From: Verrucomicrobiota bacterium | GTDB lineage: Bacteria > Bacteroidota > Bacteroidia > Flavobacteriales_E > Vicingaceae | Reading direction: 5' to 3' | Length of the DNA: 50,646 bases | Assembly: GCA_002713165.1 (NCBI GenBank) | Contig: PAVT01000010.1 | Span: forward strand, 1-50,646 | Shown: in pieces, positions 36,757-46,674 of the stretch | Layout: each line of letters begins with the position of its first letter | Numbering within the stretch: position 1 is the first letter of the stretch | Program-made: the position numbers and the translations under genes | The notes under the pieces: model-generated | What the model was told of the DNA's origin: nothing | Seen by the model: the letters and a program-made list of their open reading frames with translations, nothing else | The model's database searches: none

Positions 36757-37106
36757 CTTCCGAGATGTGATTTTATTTCCTCAATGGTTTTTTTCGAAGA
36801 CCCTACAAAAATGCGATCCTTTAAAAGGATCACAGGGCGTTTAAGAAAAGTGTATTCATTCTGAATGAGCTCTCTATAATCGGCTTCTTTCAGTTCTTTT
36901 TTATCCAAGCCCATGCTCCTGTATTTCACAGCCTTTCGGCTAAAAAGTCCTTCATAGGTGCCCAACATATGTTGCATTTTATCCAATTGAGAAGCTTGGA
37001 TTTTCTCAAATTTTATGTCTTGAAAGACCGTATCCTTCGGCAGGGAAAGATTCTTTAATATGGCCTTGCATGTTGAACAAGTAGAGAGGTAATAGACTTT
37101 ATTCAT
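36753..37106 (-). CDS. ArsC/Spx/YffB family (arsenate reductase-like thioredoxin fold) protein
   Basis: 117 aa. VYYLSTCSTCKAILKNL near the N-terminus and FLKRPVIL further on. Confidence 0.75.
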   Translation of the reverse strand: MNKVYYLSTCSTCKAILKNLSLPKDTVFQDIKFEKIQASQLDKMQHMLGTYEGLFSRKAVKYRSMGLDKKELKEADYRELIQNEYTFLKRPVILLKDRIFVGSSKKTIEEIKSHLGS

Positions 37107-37179
37107 TGGTAAATGTTGAATCTGATATTAACTATATCCAATTGAATGCGGATATTCGGACAAAATTAAGAGATTGAGT

Positions 37180-38250
37180 ATGACGGAATCGCCAAAAGCA
37201 CTTCAATTATTTTCACCCAAACGAATCGCCATCACCATTATCATTGGTCTTACTGTGGCGACCTATTTTTTTGTGAAAGGATTTGATCGAGAGGCGTTTG
37301 TTAATTTAGAATGGACATGGCAATCCACCTTATGGATGTTCGTAGCTGTATTAATGATGGCTTGCAGAGACTTGGCATACATGTATCGCATACGAGTATT
37401 GACCGATTATCAAATCAATTGGCGCAATAGTTTTGATACCATTATGTTGTGGGAATTTGCTTCAGCCATCAGTCCGTCCATTGTGGGTGGCTCTGGAGTA
37501 GCAATATACATCGTCAACAAGGAAGGAGTAAAAATAGGGAGAAGCACTGCAGTGGTAATGACTTCAGCACTTTTAGATGAACTTTTTTACATTATCACAG
37601 TTCCCGTGGTAATACTTATTGTGGGCTATACTACCCTTTTTGATGTTCAGTTGCCGTCTGAGGCACTTCAAGAGCCCATTGCAGAATACGGCATACAAGC
37701 CGTATTTATTGCGGGTTATTTCTTTATTGTGTTGTTGACTACTGCAATTACGCTGGCTGTTTTTTTCAGACCACGCACATTTAAATGGATTTTGTTGCAA
37801 GTATTTCGTTTGCCTTTTTTACGCAAATGGAGGCATGATGCTGGCGCAACAGGCGATGACATTATGGTTACCTCAAAAGAATTGAGAGGAAAGCCCTTCA
37901 GTTTTTGGGCCAAATCATTTGGCGCAACGCTTATCTCATGGACAGCGAGGTTCTGGGTAGTCAATTTTTTAATCATGGCATTTGTGAGTTTAAACCTTCA
38001 CGAACATTTAATGGTCTATGCGCGTCAACTTGTAATGTGGGTAATAATGTTGATCAGTCCAACACCTGGAAGCTCTGGGGTTGCTGAGGTGGCATTTTCA
38101 AGTTTTTTAAACGAGTTTATCCCCATTGCCTTTATTGGAACATTGATTGCCTTGTGGAGGTTGGTAAGCTACTATCCTTATTTGTTCATTGGCGCCGTAA
38201 TTTTGCCAAAATGGATTCGCAGAACCCATATGCCAAAAGAAACTGAATAG
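37180..38250 (+). CDS. LPG-synthase-TM / UPF0104 flippase-like membrane protein
   Basis: About 8 TM segments with a length and layout typical of UPF0104. The first ATG is at 37180; the track start is a TTG. Confidence 0.6.
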   Translation: MTESPKALQLFSPKRIAITIIIGLTVATYFFVKGFDREAFVNLEWTWQSTLWMFVAVLMMACRDLAYMYRIRVLTDYQINWRNSFDTIMLWEFASAISPSIVGGSGVAIYIVNKEGVKIGRSTAVVMTSALLDELFYIITVPVVILIVGYTTLFDVQLPSEALQEPIAEYGIQAVFIAGYFFIVLLTTAITLAVFFRPRTFKWILLQVFRLPFLRKWRHDAGATGDDIMVTSKELRGKPFSFWAKSFGATLISWTARFWVVNFLIMAFVSLNLHEHLMVYARQLVMWVIMLISPTPGSSGVAEVAFSSFLNEFIPIAFIGTLIALWRLVSYYPYLFIGAVILPKWIRRTHMPKETE

Positions 38251-38303
38251 ACGTCTTAGCCATAAAACGATTGATTAATTTCGTCCTTCCAAAAAAGAAA
38301 AGT

Positions 38304-39470
38304 ATGAAGAATTCAAAAATGAAATTCGGCACCAAAGTGATCCATGCCGGTTTAGAGGCAGATCCAACAACTGGAGCTGTCATGACTCCCATTTATCAAA
38401 CGTCAACATACAAGCAGGCTAGTCCTGGAGATCATAAAGGCTATGAATATTCAAGAACTGGAAATCCTACTAGAAATGCCTTAGAAAACAACATTGCTGC
38501 ATTGGAAAATGGCAAGTTCGGATTGTGTTTTGGTAGCGGGCTAGCTGCCATAGATGCCGTGATAAAAACCTTGAACCCTGGAGATGAGGTCTTGTCAACC
38601 AACGATTTATATGGAGGTAGTTACAGGATATTCACTAAAATATTTGAAAAATATCAGATTAAGTTCACTTTTATTGGCATGCAAGAGATGGCTGAGGTGG
38701 AGAAGCACATTTCAAAGGCAACTAAATTGCTTTGGATAGAAACTCCGACGAACCCAATGATGAACATTATTGACATCAAAGCAGCTTCGGATCTAGCAAA
38801 AAAGCACAATCTACTTCTTGCAGTAGACAATACATTTGCAACACCATATTTGCAAAGACCGCTTGATTTGGGTGCCGATATTGTCATGCATTCCATTACA
38901 AAGTACATGGGCGGACATTCCGATGTAGTGATGGGTGCCTTGGTGTGCAAGGATGAAAAATTGGCCGAAGAATTGTATTTTATCCAAAACAGTAGCGGAG
39001 CAGTTTGTGGGCCACAGGACAGTTTCCTTGTTCTCAGAGGAATAAAAACCTTGCATTTAAGAATGCAACGTCATTCTGAAAATGGAAAAGCATTGGCAAG
39101 GCATTTGAAGAATCACCCTAAGGTAGATAAGGTGTATTGGCCAGGATTTGAAGATCATGCAAATCACAGAGTAGCTAAGGAGCAAATGGACGATTTTGGA
39201 GGAATGATCTCTTTTACCATCAAAGGCAATGATGTCAAGGATGCCAATACTGTAATGTCAAGCCTCGAGGTATTTACTCTGGCAGAATCCTTAGGTGGAG
39301 TAGAGTCTTTGTGTTGCCATCCTGCGAGTATGACCCATGGGGCAATTCCAAAAGAAGAACGCGAAAAATCAGGAGTGCTTGATTCTCTCATCAGATTGAG
39401 CGTTGGGGTTGAAGACATTGATGATTTAATAACAGACATAGATCAAGCATTAATGAAGGTTAATCCTTAA
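38304..39470 (+). CDS. Cys/Met-metabolism PLP enzyme (cystathionine gamma-synthase / beta-lyase family)
   Basis: FGTKVIHAG, YSRTGNPT, DNTFATPYLQRPL and HSITKYMGGHSD (the PLP lysine). Confidence 0.88.
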   Translation: MKNSKMKFGTKVIHAGLEADPTTGAVMTPIYQTSTYKQASPGDHKGYEYSRTGNPTRNALENNIAALENGKFGLCFGSGLAAIDAVIKTLNPGDEVLSTNDLYGGSYRIFTKIFEKYQIKFTFIGMQEMAEVEKHISKATKLLWIETPTNPMMNIIDIKAASDLAKKHNLLLAVDNTFATPYLQRPLDLGADIVMHSITKYMGGHSDVVMGALVCKDEKLAEELYFIQNSSGAVCGPQDSFLVLRGIKTLHLRMQRHSENGKALARHLKNHPKVDKVYWPGFEDHANHRVAKEQMDDFGGMISFTIKGNDVKDANTVMSSLEVFTLAESLGGVESLCCHPASMTHGAIPKEEREKSGVLDSLIRLSVGVEDIDDLITDIDQALMKVNP

Positions 39471-39619
39471 ATTGTCGTCAATCCGTCAAAATGACGCAAC
39501 CTTTTCAGTATTTCAAACGTTTCTTTGAATAACGATTATGACGATTTTGTAGGGTCGCTAATATTTAAGTAATTTAGCAAACGCCTTATATCAAGGCCAA
39601 TTAATATGAAAACATTACC

Positions 39620-41764
39620 ATGAAGAAAATTATACTATTACTAGCAACGGTATTTTTAAATACAATAAGCACATTTGCACAAGGAGAATGGTGTGGAACA
39701 GATAAAGCAACAGAAGATTATTTTTCTGCTCATCCTGAAGAAAAAGCGCAATTTGAATACCTACAGCGAAACTTAAATGAAATTGCTGCTCAAAAAAGAA
39801 AAGGGGCTAATAACCAAAAAGCTGCAACTATAACTGTACCTGTTGTTGTGCATGTAATGCATTACAATGGAGATGGGAATATTTCTAAAGCTCAAATTTT
39901 AGATGGAATTGATGTTTTAAATGAAGATTTTCAGCGCCTTAACTCTGATACCTCAAATACTAGAGCAGTCTTTAGTGGAATTGCAGCCGATGCTCAAATC
40001 GAGTTTAAGTTGGCTCAGATTGCACCTGATAGCTCATGTACTAACGGAATAAATAGAATTAATACGTTTGAAACCTACAACACATGGAACGATGTAAAAT
40101 TTGTACCTGGAGCATATTGGAACGCACGCAACTATTTTAATATTTGGCTAGTAAAGTCAATTGCAACTCCAGGTGTTTTAGGCTTTGCTCAATTTCCTGG
40201 TTCGCCTAATTTGTCCACTTATGGTTTTGTTCAATTAAGTAATTATTGGGGTAGAATAGGCACTTCAACAAATAATTTAAAGGGAAGAGTGGCAACGCAT
40301 GAAATGGGCCACAATTTTGATTTGTATCATACATTTCAAGGCAATTGTGGAAGTAATTGTAACAATTCAGGTGATTTTATTTGTGATACTCCACCTGTAT
40401 TGCAAAGAAGCGGATGCACTACTAGTCTTAACACATGTTCTAACGATACAACAGGAGGTACAACTTCGAATCCTAATCCATATACTACAAATGTTGTAGA
40501 TCAAATTGAAAATTTTGAAAGTTATAATTTAGGGTGTCATAATATGTTTACAGAAGGACAGAAAGATCGTATGCGAAATGCTTTTGTCGTTTATAGTAAA
40601 TTAGTGAATCTTGTATCTGCAGCAAATCTAAGGGCCACAGGAGTGGCTCCAGGGGATACTGTAACTGTATGTCCACCAGTGGCTGATATAATTGATAGAT
40701 CACCAAAATTCGTCTGTCAAGGCGCAACAATTACTTTCTCTGATGATTCATATGGAGATAAGGCAACTTCATGGAATTGGAGTTTCCCTGGTGGCACGCC
40801 TGCTACCTCTATTGACTCTATGCCAAACATAAGGTATGATTCTGCTGGAGTCTTCAATGTAACCCTTCGCGTATCCAATGCTCAAGGCGCAGATACATTA
40901 TCAATATCTAATTTAGTATATGTGAACGATTCCTTAACATCGAATAATGGGTTTCAGTATGTTGAAGATTTTGAATCAACCACAACAATTGGCACAAACT
41001 GGACTGTATTGAATCCAACAGGAACTCCTAAATGGCAAAGACGTTCAAGCGGTAACTTTTTTGGTGGTCGTGCATCTGTTTTCATCGACAATAACATAAA
41101 CAACACAGAGGGGGAATTAGATTACCTTATATCTCCTTCAATAGATGTGACCAAGGTAATAAATCCAAAAATTAAATTTAAAGTTGCTTACAAACAAAAA
41201 ACATTAACAGATACTGATCGACTTAATGTATCAGTGTCAACCGATTGCGGGCAATCATGGAGAACACGACTCGTAGCGTCTTCGGGCACAATGAGTACAG
41301 GATTGCAATCAACTTGGTTTGTTCCATCTGTAGCATCTGATTGGAAGGATTTTACGCTTATATTGACCAATGCTATGAAACAAAGTGACAAATTGAAGGT
41401 ACGTTTCGAGTTTGTTTCTGGCGAAGGAAATAATATCTACATTGATGAGTTTATGGTTGATGGTGCTTCTTCTGTGGTCGGCATAAATGAGTTTAGCGAA
41501 ATACAAACAGGAGTAAATATTTATCCTAACCCATCAAGTGGAGGCATAACAACGCTTGAGGTAAACTCATGGGAGAATGTGTCCATTGCAAACATCTACT
41601 TGACAAATATTCTTGGAAAGCGGGTGAAAGAAGTATACAGTGGAAGTTTTAGCAAGGGGGAGAATAGATTTGAGATTAATTCTTCTGGATTGGGTGCGGG
41701 AATTTACTTCCTCACCATTGAACAAAATGGAGAACGTATCACAAAGAAGTTAATCCTGAATTAA
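39620..41764 (+). CDS. M43 (cytophagalysin/pappalysin-type) zinc metalloprotease with PKD-like domain and T9SS sorting domain
   Basis: Signal peptide ...ISTFA|QGEWCGTD. Zinc site HEMGHNFDLYHTF. PKD-like segment ITFSDDS...WNWSFPGGTP...GVFNVTLRVSN. Sorting domain IYPNPSSG...LGAGIYFLTIEQNGERITKKLILN. Confidence 0.88.
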   Translation: MKKIILLLATVFLNTISTFAQGEWCGTDKATEDYFSAHPEEKAQFEYLQRNLNEIAAQKRKGANNQKAATITVPVVVHVMHYNGDGNISKAQILDGIDVLNEDFQRLNSDTSNTRAVFSGIAADAQIEFKLAQIAPDSSCTNGINRINTFETYNTWNDVKFVPGAYWNARNYFNIWLVKSIATPGVLGFAQFPGSPNLSTYGFVQLSNYWGRIGTSTNNLKGRVATHEMGHNFDLYHTFQGNCGSNCNNSGDFICDTPPVLQRSGCTTSLNTCSNDTTGGTTSNPNPYTTNVVDQIENFESYNLGCHNMFTEGQKDRMRNAFVVYSKLVNLVSAANLRATGVAPGDTVTVCPPVADIIDRSPKFVCQGATITFSDDSYGDKATSWNWSFPGGTPATSIDSMPNIRYDSAGVFNVTLRVSNAQGADTLSISNLVYVNDSLTSNNGFQYVEDFESTTTIGTNWTVLNPTGTPKWQRRSSGNFFGGRASVFIDNNINNTEGELDYLISPSIDVTKVINPKIKFKVAYKQKTLTDTDRLNVSVSTDCGQSWRTRLVASSGTMSTGLQSTWFVPSVASDWKDFTLILTNAMKQSDKLKVRFEFVSGEGNNIYIDEFMVDGASSVVGINEFSEIQTGVNIYPNPSSGGITTLEVNSWENVSIANIYLTNILGKRVKEVYSGSFSKGENRFEINSSGLGAGIYFLTIEQNGERITKKLILN

Positions 41765-41783
41765 GAAGTAAGGTACAGTACAT

Positions 41784-41816
41784 AAAAAAGCCAAGGTGAT
41801 TCACCTTGGCTTTTTT
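41784..41816. terminator. Bidirectional rho-independent terminator between convergent genes
   Basis: A6, then stem gccaaggtg / caccttggc with a 3-nt loop, then T6. Confidence 0.8.
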
Positions 41817-41849
41817 ATTTGCTATTCACTCGAGAAATTAGTCTCTGAA

Positions 41850-42731
41850 TTATCTAACAATCATGCTGCGAATTTCAGCAATGCGTTCCTTGATAATTTG
41901 TACATTAGAATCTGTCAACAATGCTAAATTATCGGCGGCTAAAGTATCGCTATGAACGCTGACAGCTGTGTTGTTTAAGGTGAGTGGTATATTGACAAAT
42001 TCCTTCTCGAGTTCAACAATTCCATTAATGATGTGTTGAACCTGACGAGTGTCGTCTAATCTAGTGAGCATCAATATGAGGTTGTGCAAGGAATTACGTT
42101 GACCTGATATTACTTTTAAAATACCTTCACGATCGGTGTTTTCTGCTAGCATATTTGCACCCAAATGCATTCCTTCTATCCATCCTCCTGCAAGAACATA
42201 GGTTGAAATGTTTTCGTTTTGTTTATCTCTTAAGTAATGATCATTTTCGATAAAAAAGTCACTAATAACAGCCAATAATGTGTCACGATCATTTGGGTAA
42301 GCTTCCAAACGAAGTATGTATTTTTTCTTAAAGGTTTGACCTATTCCTAAATCATCGGCCAGCAATTGAGCTGCGGAGAAATACATCAGCGCATCTTCAT
42401 GTTTACCAAAAAGACCGGCATAACTCAGATCCGCTCCATAAACACCTAGATTAAAAGCTTTTTTAAATGAGATGGTATAGATGTCCTTCTTTTCTACAGG
42501 ATGTAGTTTCTCGTTTTGGTATTCAATGCCTTCTTCCTTAAAAAGCATGCTTAACTCCATTGGTGATGGAAGTTCATAGAATACTTTTTTTATTTGTTCA
42601 ACTTTCTGTTTTAAAGAGTCTTTCTCAATAACTTCTGTGTTTACATTTTGAACATTTTCCCTATTATCATTTGAAACGCATGACGATAAAGCTATGGCAA
42701 CTGAAATGGGAACTAATATATTCTTATACAT
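41850..42731 (-). CDS. Lipoprotein of unknown function (293 aa, helical)
   Basis: MYKNILVPISVAIALSSC|V lipobox. No recognisable motif. Confidence 0.7.
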   Translation of the reverse strand: MYKNILVPISVAIALSSCVSNDNRENVQNVNTEVIEKDSLKQKVEQIKKVFYELPSPMELSMLFKEEGIEYQNEKLHPVEKKDIYTISFKKAFNLGVYGADLSYAGLFGKHEDALMYFSAAQLLADDLGIGQTFKKKYILRLEAYPNDRDTLLAVISDFFIENDHYLRDKQNENISTYVLAGGWIEGMHLGANMLAENTDREGILKVISGQRNSLHNLILMLTRLDDTRQVQHIINGIVELEKEFVNIPLTLNNTAVSVHSDTLAADNLALLTDSNVQIIKERIAEIRSMIVR

Positions 42732-42770
42732 GGTATCGAATAAGTTTCTAAAATTAGTAAATCCATATCA

Positions 42771-45572
42771 CTAGTGAGCATCAAGCCAATTATTGGCAAA
42801 ATCCATTTCTACGGTTAATGGGACGGAAAGTTGAACCGAATTTTCCATTCTGATTTTTACCATCTTCATTAGCTCGTCAAGTTCATCTTTATGGGCATCA
42901 AAAATTAATTCATCATGTACCTGCAATAATAGTTTGGATTGAAATTCATTCTCCTTGATTTCTTTGTGAATTTCAATCATTGCCTTTTTAATAATGTCAG
43001 CTGCAGATCCCTGAATAGGGGCATTTATAGCATTTCTTTCCGCGAAACCTCTTACAATTGCGTTCTTGGCATTAATGTCTTTTAAATACCTTCTTCGCTT
43101 CATAATAGTTTCTACATACTCGTGTTTTTGAGCAAAGGCGATGCTGTCGTCCATGTAATTTTTAATTTTCGGATACTTGATAAAGTAGTTGTCAATAATT
43201 GCTTTGGCTTCCTTCCTAGGAATACCTAAACGCTGAGAAAGGCCAAATGCCGAGATGCCATAAATTATTCCGAAGTTAACCATTTTCGCCTTGCTCCTCA
43301 TATCACGGTTCACCTCATCCAGATCCACATTAAATACCTTTGAGGCCGTTAGGGAGTGTACATCAATGTTTTGTTGAAATGCCTCGATCATACTTTCATC
43401 ACCGCTTAATGCCGCTATAATTCTTAATTCTATTTGAGAATAGTCAGCCGCTAATAACACAAAATCTTCGTTTCGAGCAGTAAACGCCTTTCTTATCTCT
43501 CTGCCTTTTTCAGTTCGTATGGGGATGTTTTGCAAATTAGGGTGATTGGAGCTCAATCTTCCGGTGGCTGCAACCGCTTGCATGTAATTTGTATGAATCC
43601 GATTCGTTTTTTTGTTGACTAGTTCAGGTAATGTATCGACATAGGTTGACTTTAATTTTTTGAGTGATCTGTACTCAAGAATTGACTCTATAATTTCATG
43701 CTTGTCCTTTAGTTTTTGGAGTGTTTCTTCAGATGTTGAATACTGACCAGTTTTCGTTTTTTTGGCTTTGTCATCGATCTTTAAAACGTCAAAAAGTATC
43801 TCCCCTAACTGTTTCGGAGAATCTACATTGAAGGAGGTACCTGCCATTTCCAAAATGGAAGCATTCAGATCTTCTAATGATGAACCCAGCTCTATTGAGA
43901 ATTCCTTCAGTGTTTTTGTATCCAACGCAATGCCTTCATTTTCCATGTCTGAAAGCACCTTTATTAGAGGCATTTCAATTTCATCAAACAGTTTTCGCAA
44001 TGCTCCATTGCCTAACTGTTTCTCAAACATCATTTTTAATTGCAATGTAATGTCGGCATCCTCTCCAGCATATTCTTTTATTTCTTCAAGTGGTACTTCA
44101 AGCATACTTTTTTGATCTTTACCTTTTTTGCCGATGAGCGATTCAATCGATACAGTTTTATAGTTCAATAAATTTTCGGCAAGCACGTCCATTCCATGTT
44201 TTTGGTCAGGCTCAAGTAAATAATGGGCAATCATTGTGTCAAAAAACTTGCCTCTTAATTCAACATTATGGTTTTTCAAAATGGCATAATCATATTTCAG
44301 ATTATGTGCGATGACTTGTTTTTGATCATCTTCAAAGATTTCTTTTAAGCACTCCAATTGTTTTCTTGAAGAGTCATTATCAGTGTTTATTGGAATATAA
44401 TAGGCTTCACCTTGTTGAATGGAAAATGCGATGCCAACAAGTTTTGCTTCTATCGGATTCAAACTTGTCGTTTCTGTATCAAAGCAATATGAATCGGCTG
44501 ATCTCAATTTTTTAAGCAGGTCAGCGACTTCTTGATCGCTTTTTACCAAGGTATAATTATGCTTGGTACTTTCAATGTCTTTTAAAGGCACTAGCTCGGT
44601 CAGTGTCGATTTTTCTTCTTCAGATGTGTCGGCCTGTGTATTGCCAGCACTAAAAAGATCCATTTGGCTGTTTTGCGGTGTGATAGCTACCTCCTCTCCA
44701 AGAATTCTCTTACTTAATGTTCTGAACTCCACCTCTGCAAAGACCTCTTCCAATGCTTTTTTGTTCAGAGGGTCCTTTTTCAATTTGTTGGGATCGAATT
44801 CAACAGGGGCATCAGTGATAATGGTAGCAAGTTTTTTAGAGAGTAAAGCCTGTTCTTTATTGTTCTCCACTTTTTCTTTCATTTTGCCCTTCAATTCATG
44901 ACTGTTTTCCAGCAAACCTTCAACACTTCCGTATGCTTGAATGAACTTTTTAGCAGTTTTATCACCTACACCGGGAATTCCAGGAATATTATCTACTGCA
45001 TCTCCGCGCATTCCCAAATAATCAATCACTTGAGATGGATGTTCAATTTCAAATTTTTTACAAACTTCTTCTACTCCCCATATTTCTGCTTTATTGCCCA
45101 TACGGGCTGGTTTGTACATAAAAATATTCTCACTCACCAACTGAGCAAAATCTTTGTCAGGCGTCATCATATAAGTAGTGTAACCCTCTAATTCTGCTTT
45201 TTTGGCAAGGGTGCCGATCAGGTCATCTGCCTCATAGCCATCGGCAAATAGAATGGGTATCTCAAAACCTTCTATAATTCTTTGGATGTAGGGCACAGCC
45301 AATTTGATGTCATCAGGCATTTCCTCCCTATTGGCCTTGTATTCTTTGTACTCAATGTGTCGTGTTGTAGGTTTCTTGGTGTCAAAAACAACGGCGATAT
45401 GAGTAGGATGATGGTTGGTTAAAACATCGTAAAGGGTGCTTGTAAATCCATATATGGCGGAAGTATTCAATCCTCTAGAGTTCACCATTTGATTTTGACT
45501 AAAGGCAAAATATGCACGGTATATTAATGCATAAGCATCTAGTAGCCATAGTGTTTTAGAATCAGCTTTCAT
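42771..45572 (-). CDS. polA: DNA polymerase I
   Basis: 5' nuclease N-terminus LLDAYALIYRAYFA, a 3'-5' exo domain, and the polymerase motifs DYSQIELRI, RSKAKMVNFGIIYG and QVHDEL. Confidence 0.97.
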   Translation of the reverse strand: MKADSKTLWLLDAYALIYRAYFAFSQNQMVNSRGLNTSAIYGFTSTLYDVLTNHHPTHIAVVFDTKKPTTRHIEYKEYKANREEMPDDIKLAVPYIQRIIEGFEIPILFADGYEADDLIGTLAKKAELEGYTTYMMTPDKDFAQLVSENIFMYKPARMGNKAEIWGVEEVCKKFEIEHPSQVIDYLGMRGDAVDNIPGIPGVGDKTAKKFIQAYGSVEGLLENSHELKGKMKEKVENNKEQALLSKKLATIITDAPVEFDPNKLKKDPLNKKALEEVFAEVEFRTLSKRILGEEVAITPQNSQMDLFSAGNTQADTSEEEKSTLTELVPLKDIESTKHNYTLVKSDQEVADLLKKLRSADSYCFDTETTSLNPIEAKLVGIAFSIQQGEAYYIPINTDNDSSRKQLECLKEIFEDDQKQVIAHNLKYDYAILKNHNVELRGKFFDTMIAHYLLEPDQKHGMDVLAENLLNYKTVSIESLIGKKGKDQKSMLEVPLEEIKEYAGEDADITLQLKMMFEKQLGNGALRKLFDEIEMPLIKVLSDMENEGIALDTKTLKEFSIELGSSLEDLNASILEMAGTSFNVDSPKQLGEILFDVLKIDDKAKKTKTGQYSTSEETLQKLKDKHEIIESILEYRSLKKLKSTYVDTLPELVNKKTNRIHTNYMQAVAATGRLSSNHPNLQNIPIRTEKGREIRKAFTARNEDFVLLAADYSQIELRIIAALSGDESMIEAFQQNIDVHSLTASKVFNVDLDEVNRDMRSKAKMVNFGIIYGISAFGLSQRLGIPRKEAKAIIDNYFIKYPKIKNYMDDSIAFAQKHEYVETIMKRRRYLKDINAKNAIVRGFAERNAINAPIQGSAADIIKKAMIEIHKEIKENEFQSKLLLQVHDELIFDAHKDELDELMKMVKIRMENSVQLSVPLTVEMDFANNWLDAH

Positions 45573-45630
45573 AGAAACAGATTGTTTTAAGGGATACTGA
45601 AATTAGAGAAAAGAGAAGGAATAAAAAAGT

Positions 45631-46674
45631 CTATTGAAGAAGTTTTGCCTCTTGCAATACTGTGGCCAATACGGTCTCACCAACTGCCGCTAAGGTATGC
45701 TTGTCAATCACCTCCATATTGTCTTGATGGGTATGCCAATGAGGAGCAAAAGCTTTTGTATTTGGGTCATACTGAATGATGTCAATGCTAGGGATCCCTC
45801 GAATCTTATTCACATACACATGGTCGTCTACTCCTACATGTTCTGACTCATTGAACACAAAGTGGTTTTGATGACCTAAAACTGCAGCAATGCTCCATAC
45901 TTTTTCGAGAACATGAGGAGCATATTTTCGTGAATAAGCCTCTTTGGTGAAGTAGGCATTTTTCGCACCAACCATGTCTAGTAAAATTCCAAAATTTGCA
46001 CGGTAATTGGGACGGTGAGGGTTGTTGCTCCAATATTGGCTGCCGAGACACCAAGAGTCCATACTGCTATATTGTCCTACATTGCTTGGTTGCCCATAAT
46101 CTTCTCCATCAAAAAAGACAATGTCAAGGCCTATTGTTGGTTGGGCAATTTGTATTTGTCGAGCAATTTCCAAAAGAACAGCTACACCACTGCCTCCATC
46201 ATTGGCACCAAGAATAGGAAGATCTGCATCTATACTATCATGATCAGCAAGATGTCGACTGTCCCAATGTGCAAAGAGCAAAATCCTGTTTTTAAGATCT
46301 GGAAGATATTCCCCGATAATGTTGGTGATTGACAGTGTCGAGCGATTGTAAGCTTTCACCTTTGCTGGTTGCTCAATCACATTAAAACCGTATTGCTTTA
46401 GTTTGTTTGTGAGGTATTTGCCAGCTGCTTTATGTGCTTTTGTATTGGGCACTCTTGGGCCAAAACTCACTTGTTTTTCAACAAAACTGTAGGCAGAGTC
46501 CTCATTGAATTCAGGTCGCTCGATTGCAACCACAGGCGTTGATTTTTTTGCATCATCCTTTCTCTCTGTTGCATCACTACAGGCGAAGAGTGCCAGACTG
46601 AGAAGGAGTACAATTCGAGGACATCTAACTTTCAAAACTCCAACTCGCTCCTTCTTTTTGGTCTTTAATTTCAA
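45631..46674 (-). CDS. M28-family lipoprotein, glutaminyl-cyclase-like
   Basis: Lipobox LALFAC|S. Contains FAHWDSRH, GANDGGSGVAVLLEIAR, FFDGEDYG and HWHTHQDN, which match my recollection of the metal-site pattern of type II glutaminyl cyclases and M28 peptidases. There is no ATG near the 5' end. The start is a TTG at 46674 (or a TTG at 46635), overlapping the cysS 3' end. Confidence 0.7.
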   Translation of the reverse strand: MKLKTKKKERVGVLKVRCPRIVLLLSLALFACSDATERKDDAKKSTPVVAIERPEFNEDSAYSFVEKQVSFGPRVPNTKAHKAAGKYLTNKLKQYGFNVIEQPAKVKAYNRSTLSITNIIGEYLPDLKNRILLFAHWDSRHLADHDSIDADLPILGANDGGSGVAVLLEIARQIQIAQPTIGLDIVFFDGEDYGQPSNVGQYSSMDSWCLGSQYWSNNPHRPNYRANFGILLDMVGAKNAYFTKEAYSRKYAPHVLEKVWSIAAVLGHQNHFVFNESEHVGVDDHVYVNKIRGIPSIDIIQYDPNTKAFAPHWHTHQDNMEVIDKHTLAAVGETVLATVLQEAKLLQ

